Source: Balanoglossus misakiensis (Eukaryota > Animalia > Hemichordata). From it: 64,000 nt of DNA. The DNA is taken from the NCBI GenBank assembly GCA_040954595.2, contig CM082579.2, forward strand, positions 3,833,227-3,897,226, read 5' to 3'. Under the pieces are notes generated by a model. It was given only the letters and a program-made list of their open reading frames with translations, was not told the DNA's origin and did no database searches. Positions 13,676 through 26,400 of this stretch are shown piece after piece. A program made the position numbers and the translations under genes. The stretch's first letter is position 1; every line of letters begins with the position of its first letter.

Positions 13676-16600
13676 AGGGACAAATGATATAACAGATAGG
13701 TCAAAAAGAGCGACTTTGTATCTTTAAAATTCGGGTCGACCGATAAGACGAACCCCTGGTGTTCTACGCTCGAAATAATGTCCCGTCAAAACGGGGTCTT
13801 CGTCAAGAGAAATTGTTGTGTGATGGTTTCACTCAGGTCTGGCTTCGTCTTTCATGCTTCCTCTCTGAACGGTTGAGGGCGGAAGAACAGCGAGTGTGGG
13901 TGAATAATGTCCACGACACTGCCCCCACGTCTACAGGACAAACGCTGGCGGCAGTGTACGTTTCAACTCCATTCATGGTCGTGATGAGGCCACAATATTA
14001 CAGTAGCATCTAGCCGACCATCGGTGATTTGTGGTGTATGCCTGCGCGGGCTTCCGATCAGCGACGACAAAAAATATTTCTAATTGACAGCAATAAGTTA
14101 ACGAATCTAGATTTTTAAAAAGAAATTTTGCGGACGTAACAACTCTGTTACTGCAGCCTGCATACTGATATGAGTGCCGATTCTCTGTCACGTGTCTTTC
14201 AGTACTAGAAGAAGAAAAAAAGATAAGCACCACACGTGTGTATATGTAGATCCACTGTAGTATAATTTGTGTGGAGTTTCGACATTATTGAGTTTGAACT
14301 TAAAAGCTTGCAATGATGACATTCACGTACAAGTCTTCACAGGTGCTATGATTGACGCAGTTGAGCAGTGTGTATGCAATATGGACGGTATCACTGTCTT
14401 ATGGTTTCCAATACTTGATGTCCTACATACATACTGGGTGTACCAATTTAACAGTTATGACCACAGTCAGAATAGATACTAGTAGCCGATTTTTTTGTGT
14501 GACTCGAAATTTTGTCAGATAGTTTGTAGAGGGGTGGTGTGTATGTTTAACCGAGTCAAAACAATTCGCGAAAATGAACAATAAGTTCATGAAACATGGT
14601 CAGACAACGAGATTGCTTTTGACAAAGCACATGCCTGTACATGTATAGATGTTCTCTCTACTTCCGTATTCTTCTCACATTTTGGGTGATTGCCAGAGTA
14701 TACTGTTCACGTAGGTGGCGCTATTCCACCATAAGAAGAAATTTCAATCCGAGTGTTGTTTATTTTATTTTAACCTTTGATGTGTTTATTGGTGATTGTG
14801 TAGGTGCTTATTATTTAAATCGATGTAATTTACATATAATTATCACAATTTAAGGAAAAGAACACGATTTAATTCCTTAATGTAATGTAATGTAATGTAC
14901 CATTAGGTCAAATTCAATAAATTGACAACATACGGCACATATGTGTGTATGCGTGCCATATTTGATTATTAATCTCGATTGCTTTACTGAGAGCAACGAC
15001 GGTGATAAGGCAGCGATCTTTGAATAAATTATGGCGCGGAAGAGGATTAGTGACGTCGATAATACTGATACACGTATAAGTCACGGGATATGATCACACC
15101 GTGTCAGGCTCTTCGTGTTGCATGTACCGTGCATTGTAATTATGAGGGTTAAAGTTCATCAACGGGCTCAGCCGTCGTGGGACACTGCGCCAGATAACAT
15201 CTTCACGCTGTTGTCAAAGCGGATGGAAAAGCGGAAAACGGCGAGTCCGAATCATGCAATCAACGCGGGGTTCACGGCGTCGTATACTATCGCCGAAGCG
15301 TGTCCTCTATTGAAAGGCAATTTGAGGTAACACGGCCAGCCAACAACACGCCGCTTATCGTCGATTCGTTCCGCTGCCAATATTATATTGATTAAATTCT
15401 TAGGAAACAGACGGCGACGAAAAACAGAACTAAATTCGCGTGTAATAAGGTATTGTGCCGTGAAAATATGAAAGGTTCGTGCGCCTTTTCTTCACTAATG
15501 CGAAAATGGAAATGTTTTGTTGCAGAAAAGGGCAGGCCTACTTTCAACAGAAAACGTTCTATTGATAATCGGACTTCGTCAATTATGAATGTTGGAACTG
15601 CTTGCTGACACTATTGATTGAGAATTTATTGAAAATTTGAATCGCCGGATGCGAATGACTAATAAGGCTTCGAACGTGCGGCACCGTTATGCCACGTAGG
15701 CCTACGTGTAAGTGGCCGGAGAATTAATTATTTTATCGCTGTGTCTCTATGCGCTTTGGTCAACTTCTTTTTTTTTTGCAACGATGTGATTATTTTCTGG
15801 TCGGATTTTTTTTTTATCAAGGGCCTGCAGTTATTATGAAGAGCGCCACGAATCGACGGGGTGGTACGTTTATAATACGAGATCCTACCTAGCTATAAAC
15901 ACTGAAATTATTTATTTACAAGGACCGATGATGCCAGGTAGATATCAAAAAGTTACGTGTCAACATGAGATTGGTGAAAAAATATAAAGAGTGCAAAACG
16001 ATAACATGGCGAGACACGAGCGCTCCAAAAACTCCCCCGCAGACACAAACAATTACAAATGGCGTGTGGAGAAAACGCCAAAGACCACTTCACAGAAAGA
16101 TAAGCCTTGTCCTATCAACACGTCTTGCAAATATTTTGTTGGGTGACCGACTGATGTATTACGTCACAAGCAGGCACACCTCTCGTGTTTCGGAATTCTG
16201 AATGTAAACAGCGTCAACAAAAGCCGATGTCTTGTTTATGGGACCAAGGATGTATTTTAACAGATTGACATTTGTTATTTTTCATCAAATTAGCGCATTA
16301 TTTCCATTCTTATGCGCTTTGTATCTAAAATGTATTAAGTTTTCTGTCGTTGATATCTGGTACAATTCTAAATAAAATGGCGGCGGTTTCAAGACACCGA
16401 CGGAGGAAATAATTCAGTGTATATTTTTCTCTCGATATAGTTATATAATGAATTGATAAGAATTCAGCAGCTGAAATTATGCCACGTCATAATGGTCACG
16501 TCCTCGCCGTCATGAATCAAAATTACGAAAACTCTGCGTTCTCGGTGGTGGTCAATGGCAAACAATATCATAATTTCACGTCAATATCGATCTATAGGGT

Positions 16601-17260
16601 ACATTGAACGCATGAATTCAATAGCCCAACGAGTCAATTCGATTCGTGACTATGCAATTAAGTCAATCATGCCTAGGCACGCCACTGAACATTGTTGCGT
16701 GTGTGTCGCAAATTGAATTTATTTAGCCTCGACAAGCGACATGGTTTTGAAAATGGCAAAAAGCAGTTGACAGAAACGGAGTTAGGGCTATTGTGAAAGG
16801 GAAGTAATTTGACGTCATGTAAGCCATAATTGTTAATTGCGCGCAATTACTATTTACCGACTGTTACCACAAGCTCCCATTATATATATATATACACGTA
16901 TACCAAAATGGAAGCTGAAATGGGCTTTATTGTTTGGTTCCTTAAACATATGTTCCCAACATGGGCCGCAGATTTCCTTCACAATATCCAACCTCTCTTG
17001 ACAGCAGAAAAAAAAACGATTAAATGAAGATTTGTCCTATATTGTAATTATCTTGACCGCTGTGCGCCCAATCTTCTGTTTCTGTATAACAAAATTGATA
17101 TGTTTTTGGCAAGAAAAGAATATTGTACAAAACGTACCCATAGACAGAAATGATATCGATATTATGTGTAGAAAGGGTGCAGCAAAGTAAGCACATGATC
17201 TCTGTTTGCATTGCAGCCCCCCCCCCCCCCAAAAAAAGAAAATGCAAATTTCACATCTGT

Positions 17261-18715
17261 TCAGTAGAAGAGTGGACGACTTTCGTTGTACAAATTTGTC
17301 CTACTGAACACTGGCATATATCGCGCGGTGTGCATGAAACGCAGACATTCCCCCGTCTCTTGAATGGTTCGAACCAACTCGAAAGTCATCTTGTCGCGCC
17401 ACTTGCCAATAACTTTGGCAGAATTTCTGCTGTTTTTGAAACCATATGTGTCGTCTGCGTCCGCAGGGGCGTCCGCCTCGGTGTTGTTGCGTATCCACCG
17501 GTGGACGTGGTGGCTGGTTGGCTTGTTGATAAATCTGTACATCTTGTCGGCGTAAAAGTGGGGGTTCGTAGCTATGTCCTCGAAACGAAGGACGAGGAAA
17601 TTGCTTTTCCAGGGGGCGAGCGTTTCATCCAATTCGGTGAACAGCAGATAGTTTCTTAAATTCACGTCGCAGTAGTGTTTTAGCCGATCTATAAGAACTT
17701 CGTCCAAATTGTCCACGTCCTGAGTCATCGCCGCGATATTTGGATCGTAGGTGTAGCCCGACTGGTACACTGGCATCAGGGAGGCCATCATCGCCCGCGG
17801 GTCCCGTATGAGAACGACCACCTTCAGCTGAATATCGGGGTTCTGCATCAAACTGATGAAGTCGCGGACGTCCATCAGACGGATAGTCTTAATGGCGAAG
17901 TTCTTGGCGGCTACACAACATCTCTCCGCTTCATACTGATCCAAGTAAGGGCACTTGCTGTCCCGCTGCCAGCCGTAGAGGCCGTTGTACCACGAAAAGT
18001 ACTCATCCATACCCTCAACATCGAAATCACATTTGTACATTTTGGTCAAGGCGCGCACTCCACGCACAGACATGAGCGGTCCGTTCTCAGTCCTTCGCAG
18101 GCCGAACAGGGGCTCGAAGAGATACATGAAATCTGGATTGGAGTTAAAAAACTGCCCAACAAATGATGAACCAGTCCTCATTCCGGCTGAAACCAAAACA
18201 TTCACTCGCTGTTTTTTACCAGTCGGCGCGCCTTCGCTGATACCGGCGCGACTTCTGGATTTATTTGGCTCGGCACGACGAGCTTCATTTTCCCGCTCCT
18301 TGTTGTGACGATCCCTGATGTTTATAAGCCATTCCGGTTCCTGCAATTTGTCCGTGTGCTTCGCTATGTCCGGTTTGTTTTTGTGACGGGCAACGTTAGG
18401 CAAGTCTGGTGTAGTGGCGATGTCTGAATCAACGACTCCGAGCCAATCTACCGAGTCTGCATTTGTCGTAGGAATGGATTGCTGGCTGGTGTCACTAGAG
18501 CCGTCCACATAGGAGGCACTGGGAGTGTCGACAGCGTCGGTTCGTTGTCTGTCGACACACTCGCAGCCCGGTTCGTCCACTTTCAAGATGTCGCGCAACT
18601 GAGCCCGGGGCAACATCCTCTCCGAAAAGGAGTTCCGCAGCAGAAATCTGTCAAACATAATCACTAAACAAATACTCGGCACGAAGAGTGCCCAGAAGAA
18701 ATATATTGTTTTCAT
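17261..18715 (-). CDS. Golgi carbohydrate (Gal/GlcNAc 6-O) sulfotransferase, CHST1-7 family, single coding exon, 484 aa
   Basis: N-terminal type II membrane anchor, low-complexity stem, 5'-PSB motif SAGMRTGSSFVGQFFN..FMYLFEP, 3'-PB motif VVLIRDPRAMMAS, LRFEDIATNP and KWR near the C-terminus. Confidence 0.92.
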   Translation of the reverse strand: MKTIYFFWALFVPSICLVIMFDRFLLRNSFSERMLPRAQLRDILKVDEPGCECVDRQRTDAVDTPSASYVDGSSDTSQQSIPTTNADSVDWLGVVDSDIATTPDLPNVARHKNKPDIAKHTDKLQEPEWLINIRDRHNKERENEARRAEPNKSRSRAGISEGAPTGKKQRVNVLVSAGMRTGSSFVGQFFNSNPDFMYLFEPLFGLRRTENGPLMSVRGVRALTKMYKCDFDVEGMDEYFSWYNGLYGWQRDSKCPYLDQYEAERCCVAAKNFAIKTIRLMDVRDFISLMQNPDIQLKVVVLIRDPRAMMASLMPVYQSGYTYDPNIAAMTQDVDNLDEVLIDRLKHYCDVNLRNYLLFTELDETLAPWKSNFLVLRFEDIATNPHFYADKMYRFINKPTSHHVHRWIRNNTEADAPADADDTYGFKNSRNSAKVIGKWRDKMTFELVRTIQETGECLRFMHTARYMPVFSRTNLYNESRPLFY

Positions 18716-20359
18716 TTCCCCGCTTCAGTATGGTGGTAAAATATGCGACTGTTTTGTGTAACAATTACCAACTGTGCTGTGTGTTGCTTGGGAGTGTTTG
18801 TGGTGAGCCCCCGGACGTATATGGCGTCCACGAAAGCGGCCGGCGATGATGGGATTGGGTAAATGACGCGATGAGGCGAGGGAGGTGCCACAGTTATCCT
18901 TGCTAACACACCCGTACCAAAATGGTCTCGGATTCTACTGCAAAAGCACCCTTCCCGTTCAGTTTTGGACTTCACACAGTTAAACAAAGTACTTTCTCTC
19001 ACAGACCAAATGATTATGTAAACGAGAGATGGGTTTCTTGGGCAAAGCTGAGATGGCTGCCGACCGAGATAACCCGGTCGCGGAGTTCAATAAGATATGT
19101 GTCCCAACTTCGCAGTCTAGTCACGCATGTCTTTAGTCCGTCGCTCACAACCTCATGAGGCGCTTGAGCTCACAATAATAACGAACAATGCCTCAGCGTT
19201 TCCCCTCTTTTTTTAGGCGAGCTTAAGGTTCATAGTATTCTGTGTCGACACAGCAAGTCCACTGCAACCGCGTGCTCGGCTATGCCGCACAGCGAGCACA
19301 CACAATGACAAATGCGTACCTCTGTGTGTCTCCTACGACGATAATTGTGGGGTATATACACTGTCACTGGGAAGGCTTACCGCACACGTCCTTGCTGTTA
19401 GCGTGAACTCCCTGGCAGTGTCTCCATCATCCGAGCAGCTTCTCCGTGGGATTCAGCGACAGCAACGACCTGTCCTGTCGGTTTTCCGCGCCGACCGCAG
19501 CTTGGTGTTTTCAAGACCACTCGCTCGTAAACAATGCCGCTTACATAACCGCCAGAATAAATAGCAGGGCAGGAATGGAATCACTCACAACACGCACAAA
19601 GCCATGCAAAGCAGCGTCAAAATCACTGGCATTATTAATGAGCTCGAGGTGCGCCCTCTGTAGTTCATTAACGGCCGGACCTGTCGAGTGTTTTAGAGAA
19701 CGTGAAAGATAAAGTGTGTGTACCACAAGCACAAGAATAGAATTCAATCTGTTCATGTAAAATATATCAAGAACGTTTTCATGTGTTTTTTAAGCAACCT
19801 AAAATAAAACCACCATTTCTTTCGTTACATGACGCGATATTTGAACGCACAATTTTCAGACATATACAAGACAACCGTTTGTCTGATGTCAGAGTGAATA
19901 AGCGGTGAACGACATCTTCAAAGGATAACATTATCACCTGGCCACGTGAGGGCGTCAAGTGTTTTGGACACGTTAATTATGCATGCAGTGCCAAATTGGT
20001 TTCCTTCACTCCAGACTTAACCAGTTTACAGCTTTCTGTTAATTAAACATGACATGTTTTGAAGTAAACAACTTGGTTGTCCAAATTAAAGTTTGCTGAC
20101 CCCAGGGGAACTCAAATGTTGGATATATTTTGACACACCAATGGACGATGTACCATGTATAATAATTACAAACTACTAACTACAATCACGAATATACATA
20201 CATACCATGGAGGTAGCTCCAAAATACGTGCATACATACACACATACACACACATATGTATAATGTCGGATGAGATTTACTTCCCGCGCTTTTTCTTATA
20301 TTCAATTGATGAGCCTGTATTGAACACATGGAAGAGTCTCGTTCTCGATGTTTTGTCGG

Positions 20360-20745
20360 CAAACGTTTATAAAGGCGTAGAGCCAATTAGTGAATAATTA
20401 TCAATGAATAAACAACTCCATGTACATGCACTTTATGAATATTCTTCTCTGTCTGTGATTGGGTGCAGGCGACGTCACCATTGAGGGAGGTGTATGGCAT
20501 GAACAATAGAAGGCGATTATGGGGAAGACATAATTTGCATAATAGAAGACCAATTGACGACTGACGAATAAATAGATTCAAGCTTTTATGATTGGTTGGT
20601 TAATTTTGATTCAGGTGATGCAAAACTTGTGTGAGTGACGTCCAGGTAGTTCCCTTGCAGTCTCGACTCGCAGGATTGGGTTTTGTGCTGACCGAAGGCG
20701 GGGAACCGATTCGCCAAATCTCGTCCGATTTCACTATATATTTCC
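20360..20745 (+). promoter_or_regulatory. Putative proximal promoter of the forkhead gene with several CCAAT boxes
   Basis: AGCCAATTA (~20381), TGATTGG (~20456), GACCAATTG (~20548), TGATTGGTTGG (~20589); TATATA-like at ~20735; GACGTCA at ~20471. Confidence 0.45.
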
Positions 20746-20792
20746 TCGAGTTTGGCCAGGCCATATCAGTTGCATCTTCCGAATCGCACAGA

Positions 20793-21653
20793 ATGGATAT
20801 GTACGGACATTACGCGACACCCACAAGCGTCTACTCAGGATATATGTACGCACAGCACGTGCACCACCCATACCAGCATTACGAATTTCCTCAACAAGTC
20901 TACGCTGTCAAATCTCCACCGGCCGTCGCCACGTGCACAGCGAACAGTACCCGGCCAGCTTTCAGCTATGTCGCTCTGATCATCATGGCAATCCGAGCCC
21001 ACCCGGGAGAGAAGGCCACGCTCAAGTCGATTTACAACTTCATTATGTCCAACTTTCCCTACTACCGAAACAAGGACACCGGCTGGAAGAACTCCATCCG
21101 CCACAACCTTTCGCTCAACGGCTGCTTCAAGAAGGTCGAACGCAGCGTCCACGACCAGTCGCACGGTCATTTCTGGGGGCTCAGCGACGACTGGGAACAG
21201 ATGTTCGCCGAGGGCAACTACCGACGCCGCCGTCGGGGCTACAAGAGGCCAGGCGGCAGTCGCTCTCCGTCGCCGACGAACACGGACGACGACGTTGTTG
21301 CCCGGAAGGAAAACGAACTGCCGGTTACACCTCCGGCATCATTTGCGTCGACCCCATCGTCATCGGAAGCGGGAAGCCTGACAACGCCACCAACGTCGAC
21401 ACCCCCCAAATGCCGAAATACACGTACACCGAGATTGGTGAAGTCGGATTTCAGCGATTTCAGCATCGACAGGCTTCTGGGAACACCGCCATCTTCAGAG
21501 ACAAAATCCCCGCTAAAGCCAAGCAGCGAAAATCTACCCGTTCGCCAGCGGGAGAGATCGGACGATGACACCGCACCTGCCGCCAAGAAGCGAAGAACGG
21601 ACGCAGACTGCCAGGGACACGCTATCGAAGGCTCGCGTGCGAGATGCAGCTAA
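20793..21653 (+). CDS. Intronless forkhead-box transcription factor, divergent FoxL2-like, with C-terminal eh1 motif
   Basis: Forkhead domain RPAFSYVALIIMAI...NFPYY...GWKNSIRHNLSLNGCFKKV...MFAEGNYRRRRR. SYVALI and MFxxGNYRRRRR resemble FoxL2. eh1-like FSIDRLLG. First in-frame ATG at 20793 (the ORF track starts at a GTG). AATAAA at 22036. Confidence 0.88.
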   Translation: MDMYGHYATPTSVYSGYMYAQHVHHPYQHYEFPQQVYAVKSPPAVATCTANSTRPAFSYVALIIMAIRAHPGEKATLKSIYNFIMSNFPYYRNKDTGWKNSIRHNLSLNGCFKKVERSVHDQSHGHFWGLSDDWEQMFAEGNYRRRRRGYKRPGGSRSPSPTNTDDDVVARKENELPVTPPASFASTPSSSEAGSLTTPPTSTPPKCRNTRTPRLVKSDFSDFSIDRLLGTPPSSETKSPLKPSSENLPVRQRERSDDDTAPAAKKRRTDADCQGHAIEGSRARCS

Positions 21654-23420
21654 CTTTTACTTCGTTCTTATCACAGACCCGCCCGTCTTCCAATCCCAAG
21701 AGCCTAGTTAAAGTGCAATTTGGCCGATTTACACTGATTATGGCCAACAAGAGATTAGTGCGATTCATTCTACTAGACTAAGTATTACGAATACTTTTTG
21801 TGTGCGATGTGACTATTATTTCCTTTAATCTTTTTACCACCATGGTTCAGTCCAAACCTATTGATTTCTACGGTAAGGTTGGACCTCTAAAGTGGGAGCT
21901 GAACGCTTATTTAAACTAACCCAACGTGTGCCAATTTGAATTTATTTCTTAATTTATAAATCTAAGTTGTTTTCTAAGTCAATTCTCACTGTGGTGTAAT
22001 ATTAATAACATTGATATATCATTTTATAAGTATTTAATAAAATTTTCTCAATCTCGCCCCAAGCGTTGTACTTCTTGTATAATCGATATCTTAAGAACGG
22101 TAAAGCAGACCTAAAACAAATTTGCTGGACATGTATTAATTTGTAATGGACTGACCCGGCTGACTAGATTTTGATGGATGACACATGGCTTACATATTAA
22201 CGAAGCTATCAAAAATCCAATTATGTTGTGATATGACTATGTAAAGGATTATGGCTGTATATCGATGATTATAGTGCAACGGGTGTCATGCTAATACACA
22301 AATTGCCTGTTTCGCATTCGAAAAAATTCTCATTAATGATATATTTCTTAGACTACGACCGACACTAAATTGGAGGAAACTTTGTTTAGCCATTGATCAT
22401 TTATAATCACATTTGGTAAAATATTTGCAGTTATAGTTGCCCAGGAGATATACACCATCCTGCTAAATAATCGGTGGCACCAATCATTTGTATATTAATA
22501 TCGTATGGGCCGACACGTTCCCTACACAGCCCATAGACTTGGAGCAAGTCTAGTCAAAAGTGTAAACGAGTTGCTTATGCCGTGTCGGGAGGTTCCACGG
22601 AACGTATCGCTCAAAGAAGCCGTCAAGGCATGGGCAACTATCGAATCAGACGACGAAAAGTGGAACTTTGGCAGGAGAAGGGAGAAAACGAAGAAACTGT
22701 GGAGTTCCATTTCATCAAGTGTTGTGTCGGAAACTGGTGATTGGAATATATACTACATGTAGTACTCTCTTGTTTTGAGGAAAGAACACGCGAACAACAA
22801 ACAGAGCCCCGCCCAGATTTTAGAGTGCGCCTGTAGTACAAGAACGGAGGATAATGTGCGAGACCTCGATCAGCATATTATATGCTCTGAAAATAGGGGT
22901 GGGGAAATTTTACAATGCGCTTATGTGTCCCACAGTTAGTGGAGTCAATTTTTACATTTACCCGTTCTTTGCCGTTTAATATGTCCGCCTCTTTACATAA
23001 GAAAGAGGGCCATAGAAAAGTTCGTTTCTATTCATAGTAAACCGCTCAACCAGTTTCTATATATTTGGTGGTCATGTAAGATTTATAGTGCTAATTATCC
23101 AAGTGTGTTACATACGCATATGCCAATACTGGGAGTTATGTGACTCTGCTAAATGTCCCCACATTGAGTAGACAAGTTTGACTTAATTTCATTTCTGTAG
23201 ACCCACGTCTAAAGTGACCAACTCACACAGTCCAAAAAATTTGAAAAGAAACTCAAAGCATTTTAATGAAAAAATCTGCCATTGATAAAAATTATAATAC
23301 ATTCCAAAATGTAAGAAATTAAAAGAAAATGAAAATTCAAATTCATTCAAAAAGTTGTAACTCGATTTCAAAAAAAGATTTACTCAAATCTAAAGTGGTG
23401 CAGACTCCTGGATCACAGGT

Positions 23421-26400
23421 TTAGTCGGTACATCCAATGGATGGCGTGTATGAACCTGAAAATAAATTGAAACAATCAATAAATTGTATGTTTTTATCAA
23501 ACTAGACATACTGGTACTTTATTAGTAGTCAACACATACAGACGACAACAGCAAGTACAATGGCGAGTATTTAAGCATGATGTGGGAGTATTAAAAGAAA
23601 GCTTGTTTGTAGACTGACATAATACTTAGAAGATAAAACTATCATCCATTTGTCTGCTTGCAGAACATTTTAAGCCAATTTTAGGCAAATACTGATTGGT
23701 GTAAGTCGTACATTCAATCGTACATATGTTAAAATAACACTAACCTATCGTCCTTCCTCTGAAGATTGGCTGGTCACTTTGAAGGATTATCGGCGGTATA
23801 TATGGGTTTATCTGGAATGACTGCAGGGTCCCAGTAGCTGCATACAAGTCTCCAGTGTTGGCGTGTTCGAATACGTACAGGTTCTGAGTATCTGTGAAGA
23901 GTAGAGTTAAAGCGCACAAAATGGCTGAATTTGGTAGATTGCTGAAAATCACCACAGAGTCGTCCAGAATGAAACAAATTTGAATTTTTCCCCGCAGAGA
24001 ACAAAATTTGTATCAAAATGGCGGCCTTTCCCTCCCCCTAGTTATAATCTCAGCAACTTACTTGCGACCTTGATGAACTGGTCAAGGGTGAACAACGAAA
24101 TTCCGGTGACCTTGTAAACGTAGAATCCCTTGTTACCGTCTGCTATGAACAGGTAATCGTCATGCTGGATCTTCAGATGTTCCACAGTACGCGGAGAGAA
24201 TGCACTTATGCCTTGCACCCAGTCAAAAGAGCTGCTGTCATTGTTGTAGCTGTAACAACAATAAAGAAATCTGCCTCAGAGTCTCTCCAGAGAAGTTTGA
24301 AATAAAACCCACTCACAATGCCTACCTGTTTCTTATTAAAAGCATCTGCAAATTTGATTTGAATAAATAAATGCACGTTTTTCATTTCCCCAAAGCTCAC
24401 CATAAACTATCAATGTGGAAACATTTGCTGAAAGATAAGTGTAGAATACAGTTCTACACAAAATAGGGCAAATGCATAGATTCATATCAGGCTGTGTGGA
24501 CAAGGTCTTTCAGAGACCAATTCCAACACATATTTTGTCAATAATCCTATAAAGAATAATCAGTTGGTGAAATGTGAAAAACGAATGGAGGCTATATGCC
24601 TTACCTGTAAATATGAATAGTGTCGCCACTATCAACAGATTCCTGGGTTAGAATCACGTACTGGACACCACCGATGTTGATGGGCAGGACGTCCGTAGCC
24701 TTGTGCGTAATCATGGTGTCGAACTGCACATAGTTGTTGCCGTCCCACTCTAGAACCACAGAGTCTGTGGTATACTCAGCAGCCACACTGTAAGGTCCCA
24801 TAAAATATCTACTGGCGACGGCCAGGTAACTGTTCCCATTCATCACAAAATGTTTGATCTGCAGGGGAAAATCGAAAACAGCAAAGTACGTTTCAGAGAG
24901 AACAGAGTCAGTTTCTACACAACATGGTTAGGAGAGGCCATTTCAGACAGGAATTTATTCTGTTTGGGCTCGTAAATTTGTCAATGGTACGTTCTAGTTT
25001 GAATTTCATAATTATACGGCCTTTAACGCACACAGGTCTGTGTCAGGGAATTTACCTTGGAAGCTCCGGACGTTTGAAATTCAGCGACGCACTCGAATCC
25101 AGAGTCGAAATCCGTCATGCAGTAGACAAAGGAATCCAATTCCGAGAAATAGGTGTCTTCCATGTGGTTTGCTATGGCAATGCAGAATCTGTTGGACTCG
25201 GGATGGACAAAAGCCTCCACATCTCTGGCATTTTTGGATTTCAGGCCTTGATAGTAAGTGTAATCATCCGAAGTTTCATTCCACACGGCAATCTGCACGA
25301 TTCCAAATGTACTGAGTGAACCCGCTATTGGCCCAACTAAAAAAAACAAAACAGAATCAGACCGGAGTGTTGACAACATTCAATGTTATTATTCTTAAAA
25401 TTGCAAGCAGAACACTGCATTTTCATCAGGATTGCAGAATTTCACCGTTGAGGTCAAGACGGCATGAAATTTACGATGCACTGCATAAAGTAAATCACGG
25501 TAAGAGTTGACAATACATGTACTCCATTTTCGATTGATTGATTGGCCACACCAAAGCAAAAGATGCAACAACCTGTTACTTATATGTGCCTTTCAGTGGT
25601 GCTCAAGATTTAATGCAGTACATGAAATGGCTGACAGTGACATAGATGGGAACAGCAACATATCCCAAATCACGGTTGAATCTCTCACACAGTCCATCTT
25701 ACCATCGGCCAGACTGTAACCGCTAACAAAATTGTCCTGACAGGGGTGATAGTCTTTCCCATTTGCAATAATCAGATACTGCCTGCCACCAAAGTAGAAC
25801 TCCACCAGCTCCATCCCACCGATAGTGTTAAGGGTCTGCAATTTTAGACATTGTCCAAAAAAATACCATAAAATAGCAGTGAAGCACTTTGTAATAAAGT
25901 GAGCTTTTTATCGAAAAAAAACAAATTCACATGATGTAAATGCAACATCTGGTGCTAAAACTAAAAAAATAGAGGACCATACTCGTATAAAATGAAAAAA
26001 GAAGAACAATTACCATGCCAGAGTCTTCCTCAAATTCTTCAGTTACAGAGTTCCATTGGTACACTGGCGCAGGCAGACACCCGAGATCCGTCCGCTTGCT
26101 GATCATCACGATTTTCTGAATTCCTTTGTTTACAAACGAACCCCACTGAGCTTCTCCCTGATTGGTCACTGCTTTCACCTCTTCAAAATGCCCCAGAAAT
26201 ATGGCCACATCTAAAAATGACGATTAGTCCCTTATGGGTTAGTCTTAATGAAAGGTTCGCACATGCTCAGAGTCAGAATTGTAGAGTAATTGTGTAAATT
26301 CTTTTAGATATTATTAAGGCAAAGGGGGTAAATAGCCAATAAGCTTATACAGAACTAATCAGGGATAATTCATTTCTCTCAAATTGTATGGTTTTGCACA

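Noticed and set aside
22505-22762. 85-aa ORF between the Fox gene and the large gene
   Set aside because: No recognisable domain or splice support; could be chance or a decayed element.
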